From Nitrospirota bacterium (GTDB taxonomy: Bacteria > Nitrospirota > Thermodesulfovibrionia > Thermodesulfovibrionales > Dissulfurispiraceae), in contig JBBISP010000005.1 in NCBI GenBank assembly GCA_037441185.1, positions 5,889 to 69,888 on the forward strand: 64,000 nt of DNA, in the 5' to 3' direction. Within the stretch, counting starts at the first letter, position 1. Each line of letters starts with the position of its first letter. The position numbers were made by a program, and so were the translations under genes. The notes under the pieces were generated by a model. The model searched no databases. It worked only from the letters and a program-made list of their open reading frames with translations, and was not told the DNA's origin. Positions 33,899 through 42,584 of the stretch are shown here, piece after piece.

Positions 33899-35077
33899 TC
33901 AGAATCCGAATTCCTTTAATAAATCATCCACTCCTTCCTGAGATACCTTTTCAGGCGCTCCAATTTCTACCTTCTTTCCTTCTTCTATCTTCACACCAAA
34001 GGTTGCTATCATTTTCACAAGCTCATTTTCCATGTCTCCGACAAGCTTAATTACCCTCTTTATAGCCTGCCCTGTAATGTCTTGAAAAGACTGAGCAGTA
34101 AGTATTTGGGTTAAATCATCCTCAAGGCTATTCTTAAAATTCTTTAAATAGTTCACAGATTCTTCAGGTTCTTTAAGGTTTTTTATATGTGCATTAAGTT
34201 CATCCATAGTCAGAATGTATTTCTCGACTATGCCCATTGTCTTGTTGGCTGCTTCCTCTGTCTTATCAATAACAAACTCAAGCCTATCAATAGCGCTCGG
34301 CATGTCTGTTATCGCTATATTCTTAAGTCTGGGGTCAAGCGCCTCTTTAAAAGTCTTTATGGAGTCATGAAGCTTTCTCGTTACCTTTCCAACCTCTTTA
34401 AAAAGGTCGCTCTGTCCTTTGCCTATAATATTCTGTATGGAGATATCCGCCTTTTCATAATTTTGCGCTGCGACGGCATTCATGAAATCGACTATATCAT
34501 CAAGAAGGGCGCATCTTGGATCAGTAGAGCTTATGCCCCTCTTTTCAAAAAAGTCCTTTGCATCCATGACTTCTTTGACAATCACACTGCCGCCCATGCC
34601 TTCTGCCTTCTTTACCACCTCGACCTTATCCCCAACTTCATTGACTTCAAATATCTCATCTTCAAAAATGCTCATGTTTTCTATAGGGATAAGCTTCTTT
34701 GTATCAAGGAGAACAACAAGCTTATCATCAACCCTTGCAATGCCTGAGACTATATCAGAGGCATTAAAGTAAGCTGGCGGCTCTATCTTCGATTCCTCTA
34801 TTGTGATAACGCCTGTTATGCTGTCAACAAGAACTCCGAATTTGACACTGCCGTTTGTAACAACAATAATCTTCTCCCCTATTGTCTCTCCATTTAGACC
34901 GATAAGTTTTCTGATATCAACAACAGGTATTACCCTTCCTCTCAGATTAGCTATGCCTTCTATGTAATAAGGAGACTGAGGCAGTTTTGTAAGAGTCGGC
35001 ATATTAATAATCTCTTGAACCTTTAGTATGGGAATCGTATATTCATTGTTATCAACCATAAAGCCAATGTGCTGCAT
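33899..35077 (-). CDS. CheW-domain / CheZ phosphatase fusion protein
   Basis: The N-terminal ~140 aa are paralogous to CheW ([12 protein letters not shown]...[23 protein letters not shown]). The C-terminal ~200 aa carry the CheZ active-site helix [21 protein letters not shown] and the CheY-binding tail [11 protein letters not shown]. Start at 35077 with a GGAGG RBS. Confidence 0.85.
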   Translation of the reverse strand: [392 protein letters not shown]

Positions 35078-35096
35078 ATATCCTCCGTCTGTTTTC

Positions 35097-36809
35097 TTAT
35101 TTGCTTGTCCTAAATGTGCTTCTTGAAAGCACTGCAAGGTCTAAAATTAAGACAACCTTTCCATCGCCAGTGATTGTTGCGCCCATGATGCCGCATTCTT
35201 CAGAATCAATGCCGTTAAGTGTTTTAATCACAATTTCTTCCTGACCTAAAAGTTCATCAACAGATATGCAGAACCTCCTGTCGCCAACTGTAGTCACAAG
35301 AACATAAATGTTATCTCTGTCAACCTCAGATGTTCCTCTAACTCCGAGAAACTCTGACATCTGGAAAAGGGGCATAACACTGCCGCGCACAGTTAATGCC
35401 ATCTGACCTGTCACATCTTTTATATCGCTTTTTTTAATCTTGATCGTCTCTTCTATCATTGTTTGTGGAATGGCATAAATTTCATCGCCTATCTTTACCA
35501 TCATGGCATAAATTATTGCGAGGGTAAGAGGCAGACTTATCTTAAATGTGCTTCCAATATCCTTTTTAGTTATTACTTCTACATATCCGTTCAGTTTTGA
35601 TACATTTGTTTTAACAACATCCATTCCGACTCCGCGGCCGCTTAGTTCTGTTGAAACATCTTTTGTGGAAAATCCAGGCAAAAATATAAGATTTATTGCA
35701 GCCTCATCAGACATCCTCTGCGCCTCTTCCTCTGTTATCAAACATTTTGACAACGCCTTTTTCTTGACAGACTCAACATCAATGCCCTTTCCATCATCAG
35801 AGACCTCTATGACAATCTGTGTGCCTTTCTGGTATGCGCTTAAGATTATTCTCCCATTCTTGGGCTTGCCTTTGATCTGCCGTTCTTCAGAGAATTCTAT
35901 GGCATGATCTATAGAATTTCTTATAATATGAACAAGGGGGTCTCCTATGCTTTCTATAACAGTTTTATCAACCTCTGTGTCTTCTCCGAATATCTCAAGA
36001 TCTATATCCTTGCCCAAATTCCTTGACATATCCCTTACCATCCTCGGAAACTTGCTGAAAACCTTCTGAATTGGCTGCATCCTCATCTTCATCACAGCAA
36101 GCTGTAAATCAGATGTAACCCTGTCGAAAAATCCTGTTGTCTCAAGAAGGCTCTCAACATGACTGTCTCCAGAATATTTAAGTTCAAGTTTTGAGGCAAG
36201 GTTTAAAAGCCTGTTTCTGACAAGAACTATTTCTCCAGCAAGATCCATTACCTTATCTATCCTCGATACATCAACCCTAAGTGTCGATACTACTTCCTTG
36301 TCCTTTGTTATCTGCTCAGCCACAGGTTGAGGTTCAGGTTTAGGTTGAGAAACAGCAGATTCTTTTTTCTTTTCCTCAGCCGCAACCTTAACCTCAACAT
36401 CTTCTTTCTCCTCTCCTGCTACTGCCAATTTCAGAGAATAATCAAGCTCTCTTAAAATGTCCGATATATCCAGTTCTATGCCGTCTTTAAGTTTGATATG
36501 ATGTATTAAAAGCCTTAAGGTATCCACACTTTTAAGAATCGCATCCATTAATTCCCGTGAAAGAGCAACTTCACCATCACGGAGCCTCTTCATAATGCTC
36601 TCTGCCCTGTGAGCAATATCAACTATCTGCTGAAAGCCCAGAAAGCCTGCAGCTCCTTTAAGAGTATGCATTCCTCGAAATATCTCGTTTAAAATATTCT
36701 TATCATATCCCTTTGTCTCGAGTTCGACAAACATTGGGTCTATTTTTTCGAGTGACTCTTCTGCCTCAGTAATAAATTCTGATATTATCTCTTCCATTTC
36801 ATCAGCCAT
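35097..36809 (-). CDS. cheA: Chemotaxis histidine kinase CheA (P1-P3-P4-P5, apparently no P2 domain)
   Basis: Hpt MHTLKGAAGFLG, a low-complexity linker, the dimerisation region LRVDVSRIDKVMDLAGEIV, HATPase boxes, and a C-terminal CheW-like domain. 570 aa. Confidence 0.95.
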   Translation of the reverse strand: MADEMEEIISEFITEAEESLEKIDPMFVELETKGYDKNILNEIFRGMHTLKGAAGFLGFQQIVDIAHRAESIMKRLRDGEVALSRELMDAILKSVDTLRLLIHHIKLKDGIELDISDILRELDYSLKLAVAGEEKEDVEVKVAAEEKKKESAVSQPKPEPQPVAEQITKDKEVVSTLRVDVSRIDKVMDLAGEIVLVRNRLLNLASKLELKYSGDSHVESLLETTGFFDRVTSDLQLAVMKMRMQPIQKVFSKFPRMVRDMSRNLGKDIDLEIFGEDTEVDKTVIESIGDPLVHIIRNSIDHAIEFSEERQIKGKPKNGRIILSAYQKGTQIVIEVSDDGKGIDVESVKKKALSKCLITEEEAQRMSDEAAINLIFLPGFSTKDVSTELSGRGVGMDVVKTNVSKLNGYVEVITKKDIGSTFKISLPLTLAIIYAMMVKIGDEIYAIPQTMIEETIKIKKSDIKDVTGQMALTVRGSVMPLFQMSEFLGVRGTSEVDRDNIYVLVTTVGDRRFCISVDELLGQEEIVIKTLNGIDSEECGIMGATITGDGKVVLILDLAVLSRSTFRTSK

Positions 36810-36819
36810 TTTATGCCCC

Positions 36820-37224
36820 TTAATTCGCCTTTAATGCAGGTTTTTTTTCAGCTATTTTGCTGAGTTTTTCCATTAATACCTCAGCAGTGAATGGTTTAAC
36901 AATATAATTATCAACACCAGACTTTATGGCCTCTATAACTTTATCCTTTTCAGACTCTGCTGTCACCATAAGAAATGGGATATCTTTAAGCGGCTCTGGC
37001 TCCTGCCTGATATTTCTAAGAAGGTCTATACCCTCCATATTAGGCATGTTCCAGTCAGATACAACGAGCCCGTATTTGCCGCTCTTAAGTTTGTTGAGCG
37101 CCTGCACGCCATCCTCAGCCTCTTCTATATTTTCAAAGCCGATTTGTTTCAAAAGATTCTTAACTATCCTTCTCATTGTAGGAAAGTCGTCCACTACGAG
37201 CACTATGATCTCAAAGTTAAACAT
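36820..37224 (-). CDS. cheY: Chemotaxis response regulator CheY
   Basis: [18 protein letters not shown]...[16 protein letters not shown]...MVTAE...YIVKPFTA is the classical CheY signature. Confidence 0.93.
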   Translation of the reverse strand: MFNFEIIVLVVDDFPTMRRIVKNLLKQIGFENIEEAEDGVQALNKLKSGKYGLVVSDWNMPNMEGIDLLRNIRQEPEPLKDIPFLMVTAESEKDKVIEAIKSGVDNYIVKPFTAEVLMEKLSKIAEKKPALKAN

Positions 37225-37603
37225 TAGCCTTACCTCCTTTAAACATTGTATTTAATATTTTTTTAATGCTGTTATTTATCTGGTCAGCGCTTACAGGCTT
37301 GACTAAATAATCATTGGCGCCTGCTTCAAGCGCCCTTGTTTTCTCATCAGCATCAGCTTCTGTAGTGACCATAAGAATAGGTATATGTGAACCATAATCA
37401 GCCCTTAGTCTTTTAATTAGTTCAAGTCCATCCATATAAGGCATATTTAAATCAGTTACAATCATATTGACAGGAATTGTTGCAAGTTTTTCGATGGCAT
37501 CAAGTCCGTTTTCAGCAAAGAACACATCAAATCCCCTTGACCTGAGGGATAGCCCCATAAGCTTTCTTGTTGTGGGACAATCATCAACAATTAATATCTT
37601 CAT
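37217..37603 (-). CDS. Second single-domain CheY-like response regulator
   Basis: [12 protein letters not shown]...[15 protein letters not shown]...YLVKP. Preferred start is the ATG at 37603, after the cheR TGA. Confidence 0.88.
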   Translation of the reverse strand: MKILIVDDCPTTRKLMGLSLRSRGFDVFFAENGLDAIEKLATIPVNMIVTDLNMPYMDGLELIKRLRADYGSHIPILMVTTEADADEKTRALEAGANDYLVKPVSADQINNSIKKILNTMFKGGKANV

Positions 37604-37608
37604 ACTAT

Positions 37609-38424
37609 TCACCTTTTTTGATAAACTACTACATTATTTATTACGACCGGCATGAATGCCCTTGTAACATTATGCAGACTCTCTGCTGTGCCGATAAACA
37701 AAAAACCGCCCGGCTTAATGCTGTCATAAAGATTAGAAACGACCTTCTGCTTTGCCTTTTCGTCAAAGTAAATAAGAACATTGCGGCAGAAGACCACATC
37801 CATTCCTTTAATGTTTTTCATGCCTTTTTCATCAATCAGATTGATATTTTTGAATTGAACATAGTTTTTAATAACGTTTCCCAGAACAAAAGACTGTCCG
37901 TTATTATTAAAATATTTCTTGAGATAATTCTCCGGAATATTTCTTACGGAATAAGATGTATAAACCGCTTTATTTGCAGACTCCAAAGCTTTGCTGCTGA
38001 TATCAGAAGCCAGCATCTCTGCCTTCAATGAGCTTAATCTTTCCTTAAACATCATAGCAATGGTATAGGGTTCCTCCCCTGTCGAACAGGCAGCAGACCA
38101 TATCTTTATAGTTTTAGTTTTGTTTTGCTCTGCAACCCTTCCGGCCACCTCATTAATCAACACATCCAACTGCTGAGGCTCTCTGAAAAAAAAGGTCTCA
38201 TTTGTTGTAATAGAATCAAAGAGCATTGCAAGTTCATTATTACAGCGGCCATTCATCACAAAATAAAGATAATCATCAAAACCCTTGAGCCCTCTATCTT
38301 TAATTCTTTTAATAAGCCTGTTTTCGAGGAGATACTTTTTTGTGTCGGGTATAAAAATACCGCACCTTTCATATATAAAATCCCTTAACTGTCTAAATAT
38401 TTCATCTTGAAGGTAGATATTCAT
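37609..38424 (-). CDS. cheR: Chemotaxis methyltransferase CheR
   Basis: TNETFFFREPQQLDVL, IWSAACSTGEEPYTIAM and VFCRNVLIYFD. Confidence 0.93.
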   Translation of the reverse strand: MNIYLQDEIFRQLRDFIYERCGIFIPDTKKYLLENRLIKRIKDRGLKGFDDYLYFVMNGRCNNELAMLFDSITTNETFFFREPQQLDVLINEVAGRVAEQNKTKTIKIWSAACSTGEEPYTIAMMFKERLSSLKAEMLASDISSKALESANKAVYTSYSVRNIPENYLKKYFNNNGQSFVLGNVIKNYVQFKNINLIDEKGMKNIKGMDVVFCRNVLIYFDEKAKQKVVSNLYDSIKPGGFLFIGTAESLHNVTRAFMPVVINNVVVYQKR

Positions 38425-38425
38425 A

Positions 38426-39859
38426 TCACATTTTCTGCAGCCATCCGGCTATTTCTTTTATATTACTGTCGAAATTTTCTATCTGTGACAAAAACCTTTC
38501 CGAATCAAGCATAAAAAGCGCCTTTACTGCCTCCTCTATCACATCCTCATATTTTTCTTGCGCCAGGAGTTTTGCTATAGGCTCAAATGCAGTCTTATCC
38601 CTAATCCTACCGAGTGCAGATACAGTTATTCTTCTTATATGTCCATCGTAGTCGTTGAGGGCGTCGATTAAGATCGGGGTTGTATTTTTATCTCGTATTT
38701 CACATAGCGCCTTTATGCTCGCCCTTCGAATATCTCTAATGTCTGCTTTAAGAAGATTTATAAGATGAGGGATCGCTTTTTTGCACTTCAGGTCCCCAAT
38801 CACATCTATAGCAATAACTTTTCCTCTAAATTTAATGGATGAATCAGCGACAATATCAATCAATTCATCAATGCAGCCAAAGCTTTTGAGCGCATCCTTC
38901 GCAGCAAAGATAATATCCTCATTTTCTAGTTCAGAAGGATCCATTGAGCCTACAATATCTACAATTGCCGAAATTGCCTTTTTCCCCTTTAATTCAGCAA
39001 TCCCTTTTAATGCAATTAGTTTCTCATTTAAGTCGCCGTTTTCGAGCATGTCCAAGAGACTCTCATAAATGCCCCATATGGATGGGGCAACTCGTAATGC
39101 AACAAGGCTTTTAACAATAACAGTCTTTTCAAAATCCTCCTTTGCTTTATCAAAACGGCTAATAAGAGCATCTGCGGCAAGTTGTGAGCCTATAGCGCCA
39201 AGCGCCTCTATTGCAGCGTGTCTTATAGCAGCAGAAGGGGCATCGAGCAGGCAGGTGATATGCCCTATTGATGATTCCTCCTTTATCATGCCTAAAGACT
39301 CTAAGGCTGAGAAGCAAACCCATTCCTCATCTTTAAGGGCATTTAATAGTTCTGGCAATGCCTCCTTATAATTAAGTATTCCCAATGCCTTTGCAGCAGA
39401 TGCCCTGACATTAGGATTAGAGTCATCTTTTAATATCGCGCACAACACCTCTGGATAACCGCACTTTTTAGTTTCACAGATAATGTCAATGGCAAATTTT
39501 CTTATATCATCATCCTTATCCATAAGAAGAGGACGAAGGAGCGGAACAGCTTCTGAGCCAATGCCTTTTAATATTATAATGGCAGTATTTCTAAGCAGTG
39601 AGTCTCCTCTTAAAAGAGGCATTACCATATAAGCTGTCATCTCTCCGCCTATGGAAATAAGAGATCTCATAGCAGCATCCTGCACGCCAAAATCGCTATC
39701 GTTTAAGGCATTGATCAAAGGATATATAGCCCTCTCATCCCCTTTTGATAATAATTCTGTGGCTAAACGCCTTTTTGACGAATCAGCATGTCTGAGGTCT
39801 GCTATCAATTTTGATATGGCTTTTGCATTAAGCATTTTATTTTTATTTATATTCGGCAT
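38426..39859 (-). CDS. HEAT-repeat (PBS-lyase-like) protein embedded in the che operon
   Basis: At least seven repeats of the D.(D/N)..(V/I)R..A..ALG.I type, for example DSNPNVRASAAKALGIL and DGHIRRITVSALGRIRD. Confidence 0.8.
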   Translation of the reverse strand: MPNINKNKMLNAKAISKLIADLRHADSSKRRLATELLSKGDERAIYPLINALNDSDFGVQDAAMRSLISIGGEMTAYMVMPLLRGDSLLRNTAIIILKGIGSEAVPLLRPLLMDKDDDIRKFAIDIICETKKCGYPEVLCAILKDDSNPNVRASAAKALGILNYKEALPELLNALKDEEWVCFSALESLGMIKEESSIGHITCLLDAPSAAIRHAAIEALGAIGSQLAADALISRFDKAKEDFEKTVIVKSLVALRVAPSIWGIYESLLDMLENGDLNEKLIALKGIAELKGKKAISAIVDIVGSMDPSELENEDIIFAAKDALKSFGCIDELIDIVADSSIKFRGKVIAIDVIGDLKCKKAIPHLINLLKADIRDIRRASIKALCEIRDKNTTPILIDALNDYDGHIRRITVSALGRIRDKTAFEPIAKLLAQEKYEDVIEEAVKALFMLDSERFLSQIENFDSNIKEIAGWLQKM

Positions 39860-39874
39860 TTTCTGAAAAATACT

Positions 39875-40627
39875 TTAATAATGTTCTTTTGTTAGTCTTC
39901 CTTTAAGCCTCATAATTGCCTGAGAATGCAATTGGCAGACCCTTCCCTCCGTAAGATTAAGAATCTTGCCTATCTCTTTCATTGTTAGCTCCTCCCAGTA
40001 ATAAAGAGACAACAACAACTTCTCCTTTTCTGGCAGCTCATCTATAAGCCTTGCAAGGACATCCTTTATATTAGACTCCTCCAATAAGGCGAGGGGATTA
40101 CTAGCATTCGGATCTGGTATGCAATCCAGAATGTTAAGATTATTTTCCTCTGATACATTTGAGCTAAAGTCTTCAAAACTGAGTGTTATAGCGCTATTTG
40201 CTTTTTGCAGTATCTGATAGTATTCATCAAGTGATATATTGAGGGCATCTGCAATCTCATTTTCATCAGGTAGTCTTCCCATCTCCTTCTCAAGTTTTGC
40301 ATATGCATGCTTCAACTCGTTCACCTTTTCCCTCATAGACCTCGATATATTGTCAAATGCCCTCAATTCATCAAGCATAGCGCCCTTTATCCTATATTCT
40401 GCATATGTCTTGAGTTTGCTCCTGCCTTGTTCAAATTTATTGAGGACCTCCATGAGGCCCATTAAGCCTACACTTATAAGATCATCAACGGTAAGCTGAC
40501 AAGGGAGTCTCCACGATAGCCTGTGTGCAGTATATTTTATGAATGGTAGAAAATCGCTTATTATCTGCTCTTTTTCCTCTTCGCTGAATTCTGCATTATA
40601 ATATCTCTTTTCTAAAACGTCTTTCAT
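39875..40627 (-). CDS. fliA: Flagellar sigma factor FliA (sigma-28)
   Basis: Regions 2-4 of a group-3 sigma factor: VGLMGLMEVLNKFEQGRSKLKTYAEYRIKGAMLDELR, and the region 4 HTH MKEIGKILNLTEGRVCQLHSQAIMRLK. Confidence 0.93.
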   Translation of the reverse strand: MKDVLEKRYYNAEFSEEEKEQIISDFLPFIKYTAHRLSWRLPCQLTVDDLISVGLMGLMEVLNKFEQGRSKLKTYAEYRIKGAMLDELRAFDNISRSMREKVNELKHAYAKLEKEMGRLPDENEIADALNISLDEYYQILQKANSAITLSFEDFSSNVSEENNLNILDCIPDPNASNPLALLEESNIKDVLARLIDELPEKEKLLLSLYYWEELTMKEIGKILNLTEGRVCQLHSQAIMRLKGRLTKEHY

Positions 40628-41460
40628 TTCCTTGCCCCGGCTGTTGACAATAGATTGCCAATAAAGAATTGTAGAGTCCCTTTAACATTGTCATCTGGGT
40701 TTTCTAATAACTTTGATGCAATATCCATTATGTTTTTTACAACAATTCCGTTCGGATATATATCTACAAGCGTCTTTTGCTGCCTTACTGCTTCCTGCAC
40801 AGACCTGTCAAACGGAACATATCCGAGATAATCGAGGGATATATTCAAAAATCTCTCCACAGCAATGGATAATCTTTTAAAGACCTCAAAGGCCTCTGTT
40901 GAACTCCTTGCGGAGTTAACAAGTATCCTGAAATCTTTTTCCTGATACTTTGTAAAAAGAACTTTTATTAGCGCATATGCATCAGTCAGAGCAGTCGGCT
41001 CAGGATTGGTCACAACTATGATCTCTTGAGACGCTGCGCAAAAAAATGCTACATTTGACGATATTCCTGCACCTGTATCTATAAGCAGTATATCTGTGTC
41101 TTCCTCGCATGAATCAAACTCCCCGATAAGCCGCAGCCTCTGAAATTCATCAAGAACGGTCATCTCCTGTATCCCAGAGCTTGCCGGTAAAACTTTAATG
41201 CCATACGGCCCTTCAACGATTATATCCTTCAGGTTCATCTGTCCATCAATAACATGCTGGATATTGTATTTCGGAGCAATATTAAGCAGTATATCTATAT
41301 TGCTAAGCCCGAGGTCTGCATCCATTATCATTACCTCTTTGCCGAGCTGCCTGAAGGCAATGGCAAGATTTGCGACAATATTCGTTTTCCCTACCCCTCC
41401 CTTGCCGCTTGTTACAGCAATAGTCCTTATATGCCTGTTGTTTGATATTTCTCTATTCAT
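40624..41460 (-). CDS. flhG: MinD/ParA-type flagellar number regulator FlhG (FleN/YlxH)
   Basis: Deviant Walker A SGKGGVGKT. Conserved position between flhF and fliA. Start at 41460 overlaps the flhF stop (ATGA). Confidence 0.9.
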   Translation of the reverse strand: MNREISNNRHIRTIAVTSGKGGVGKTNIVANLAIAFRQLGKEVMIMDADLGLSNIDILLNIAPKYNIQHVIDGQMNLKDIIVEGPYGIKVLPASSGIQEMTVLDEFQRLRLIGEFDSCEEDTDILLIDTGAGISSNVAFFCAASQEIIVVTNPEPTALTDAYALIKVLFTKYQEKDFRILVNSARSSTEAFEVFKRLSIAVERFLNISLDYLGYVPFDRSVQEAVRQQKTLVDIYPNGIVVKNIMDIASKLLENPDDNVKGTLQFFIGNLLSTAGARK

Positions 41461-42584
41461 GCAGCCTCCTGTATTGTGTTGCCATCGCTCTTCTGAAAAT
41501 GTCCGCACTTTAATACCAGATTCGCCAATTTCTCAGAATCAGGGAACTCTATATCATCAGGGACATTCTGGCCCGTTGTTATATATGCAATCGGTTTCTT
41601 ATAAATAGTTAGCAGATTATATATAGAGCCGAATCTTACTGCCTCATCCATCTTTGTAAATGCTATGCGATCTATTGGAAGACTGCAGTAATACCTATAA
41701 GATTCAAGCATAAAATCATAACTGCTGTTCATGCTTAAGAGAAGATGCATCTGAATAGATGGCTGCTGCTCGCATATGAGCCGCAATTTATCCAGATACT
41801 CGCCATCCATAGGATTTCTGCCAGTGGTATCAATAAATATAGCGTCTTTATCAGAGTGCTTAGAAAGAGCTTTATTTAAGCCATTTACATCATCTGCAAC
41901 CTCAAGAGGTATCCCCATTATTCTCGAATATATTCTCACCTGCTCTATTGCCCCTATTCTGTAAGTATCGAGACTGATTATAACTGCTCTTTTACCATCT
42001 CTTATTGCGCGGGCTGAAAGCTTTGCAATGGTTGTGGTCTTGCCAACGCCTGTTGGGCCGATCAGCATAATAGTGTTTTTATTGTCATTAACCAATTGAT
42101 TCATGTTTATATCTGATAATATCAGGGAGGGTATATCATCTATATCTGCTGCCCTCTCACATATACTGATCGCAAATTCCTCGGCTACAGATCTTTCCCT
42201 GAGAAAATTAAATATTCCCATTTTTTTTGTAGGCAGTGATATTTGACAGCCGAAGTTCTTCATGCCTTCTATCGCATTCCTCAGTTTCTCTATCTCGTTT
42301 TTTATTTCGTTATTCTGAATAAAACCGTAATGTTCAAGCTCGGAGGGCAGCGTCATCGTATCTGTGGATTTTTGCTTTATTTCAGCAGGCTTGCCGGATA
42401 ATTTATATAATGATTTGCTGCTCTCACCTATATCAAAATCAATAGCCGCCATTACCTCAACAGATGCTGCTGTCCCATTTTTTCCCTCAGATGTAGCAAG
42501 GATAACAGCATCGTCACCCATCTCCTTTTTTACGAGCATAAGGGCATTGCTGAAATTATCTGCCCTGAATTTTTTAATCTTCAT
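41457..42584 (-). CDS. flhF: SRP-like GTPase FlhF
   Basis: MKIKKFRADNFSNALMLVKKEMGDDAVIL, plus G motifs GPTGVGKTTT, DTAGR-like DTTGRN and TKMDE. Confidence 0.9.
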   Translation of the reverse strand: MKIKKFRADNFSNALMLVKKEMGDDAVILATSEGKNGTAASVEVMAAIDFDIGESSKSLYKLSGKPAEIKQKSTDTMTLPSELEHYGFIQNNEIKNEIEKLRNAIEGMKNFGCQISLPTKKMGIFNFLRERSVAEEFAISICERAADIDDIPSLILSDINMNQLVNDNKNTIMLIGPTGVGKTTTIAKLSARAIRDGKRAVIISLDTYRIGAIEQVRIYSRIMGIPLEVADDVNGLNKALSKHSDKDAIFIDTTGRNPMDGEYLDKLRLICEQQPSIQMHLLLSMNSSYDFMLESYRYYCSLPIDRIAFTKMDEAVRFGSIYNLLTIYKKPIAYITTGQNVPDDIEFPDSEKLANLVLKCGHFQKSDGNTIQEAA

